Shown: positions 59,023-59,789 of the stretch, piece by piece
How the letters are laid out: every line of letters begins with the position of its first letter
How positions within the stretch are numbered: position 1 is the first letter of the stretch
NCBI GenBank assembly: GCA_038046645.1
Contig: JBBSVU010000009.1
Location: 1-59,789 of the forward strand
Length of the DNA stretch: 59,789 nucleotides
DNA from: an archaeon
Lineage (GTDB): Archaea > Iainarchaeota > Iainarchaeia > Iainarchaeales > 0-14-0-20-34-12
Direction: 5' to 3'
Notes under the pieces: model-generated
What the model saw: only the letters and a program-made list of their open reading frames with translations
What the model was told of the DNA's origin: nothing
Databases searched by the model: none
Made by a program: the position numbers and the translations under genes

Positions 59023-59153
59023 TTATGTATAGTAAAAGCATATAACTTTTTTTCAAAAAAGAAGGCAAAATTAGCCTTTTTTCTTATGTATAACTAATAA
59101 TTGGGGAAAAATCTTTTTCCTTTTATTTTTTGCGAAAAATAGATTTATGTATA
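59023..59153 (+). repeat. three TTATGTATA motifs at 61-bp spacing
   Basis: Copies start at 59023, 59084 and 59145. Confidence 0.55.
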
Positions 59154-59208
59154 AAGCAAAAAATAGGGACAAATGAGTGTGTCAAGGAAAAAAATAGTTT
59201 CTTTTTAA

Positions 59209-59395
59209 CCGTATGAGCGAGAAATCTACATCTTTCAAGATGTAAATGACCCCGTGTTGAATTTTTATTAATATATACTTTCAAACCTTAAGAATATTCC
59301 TTTATTACTATTTATTCAACACAGTGAGCGAATATATTTCAGGGGAAATCTACTCTTCCAAAGTGCTTATAAATCAGAAAAATCCAATCTTGCTC
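59209..59395 (+). mobile_element. IS200/IS605-type left end/leader of tnpA-less element
   Basis: TTTAA 59204-59208, hairpin TACATCTT-TC-AAGATGTA 59227-59244, inverted repeat 59254-59322, TTATAAA 59367-59373. Confidence 0.7.
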
Positions 59396-59789
59396 ATGCT
59401 GCTCACATACAAATTCAGGATGTACCCATCAAAAGAACAAGAACAAAAACTATTTTTTGTTTTGGATAAATGCCGTCTTACATACAACAAACTGCTTGAA
59501 ATCTTAAGCAAGCAGGAAACAATAAATCAATCAGAAATACAAGCAGCAATACCAAAACTAAAAGAACAGTATCCTGAACTAGATGGAATATACTCCAAAA
59601 CACTGCAGTATGAATGTTATAGGCTCTTTTCAAACCTAAGGACATTGTCAAGGCTAAAGAAGAATGGGAAGAACATAGGCTGTTTGCGTTTCAAGGGAAA
59701 AGACTGGTTTAAGACATTTACTTACAACCAGTCGGGCTTTGTTCTTGAGATAAAGAACAAGAAATATAACAAACTATATCTCTCAAAGA
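59396..59789 (+). CDS. tnpB: RNA-guided endonuclease TnpB, 3'-truncated by window edge
   Basis: MLLTYKFRMYPSKEQEQKL...; 13 differences in 131 aa from the copy at 1-771 (manual count). Confidence 0.92.
   Translation, partial: MLLTYKFRMYPSKEQEQKLFFVLDKCRLTYNKLLEILSKQETINQSEIQAAIPKLKEQYPELDGIYSKTLQYECYRLFSNLRTLSRLKKNGKNIGCLRFKGKDWFKTFTYNQSGFVLEIKNKKYNKLYLSK

Noticed and set aside
59023-59153. Degenerate CRISPR array next to tnpB
   Set aside because: Shared motif is only 9-10 bp and the spacers are low-complexity; no real repeat or cas genes
1-59789. Whole window as a composite transposon between two tnpB elements
   Set aside because: Left ends face inward, the copies are diverged and the cargo is housekeeping; assembly breaks at repeats explain it better

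Overview
AT-rich archaeal contig. Gene content (class III signal-peptide pilins, GGTGA-type SD sites, TATA boxes, archaeal isoprenoid genes mixed with bacterial-type genes) suggests a DPANN archaeon, probably Ca. Iainarchaeota/Diapherotrites; this placement is inference. Both ends run out inside two diverged, outward-pointing tnpB genes with no tnpA upstream (IS200/IS605 family, missed by the ORF track). Their ~190-nt upstream regions are homologous and share covarying stems. The main core locus is an 11-gene minus-strand cluster encoding a complete modified (Aeropyrum-type) mevalonate pathway, in which the phosphomevalonate dehydratase small subunit is fused to an intact HAD phosphatase. Also present: GGPP synthase, geranylgeranyl reductase, a type IV pilus locus with a vWA adhesin and KaiC-like ATPases, bacterial-type coaD/coaE/cobO and a polar amino-acid ABC transporter, gap-pgk, glnA-lrp and thyX. 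Accessory elements are a membrane-anchored NlpC/P60 protein, an HNH + AbiE island bounded by shared-core repeats with an IS605-like palindromic mini-element, two copies of a 94-bp IS630-like MITE, and several orphan genes. No rRNA, tRNA or CRISPR array was seen. All calls are by eye from motifs; no database searches were run.
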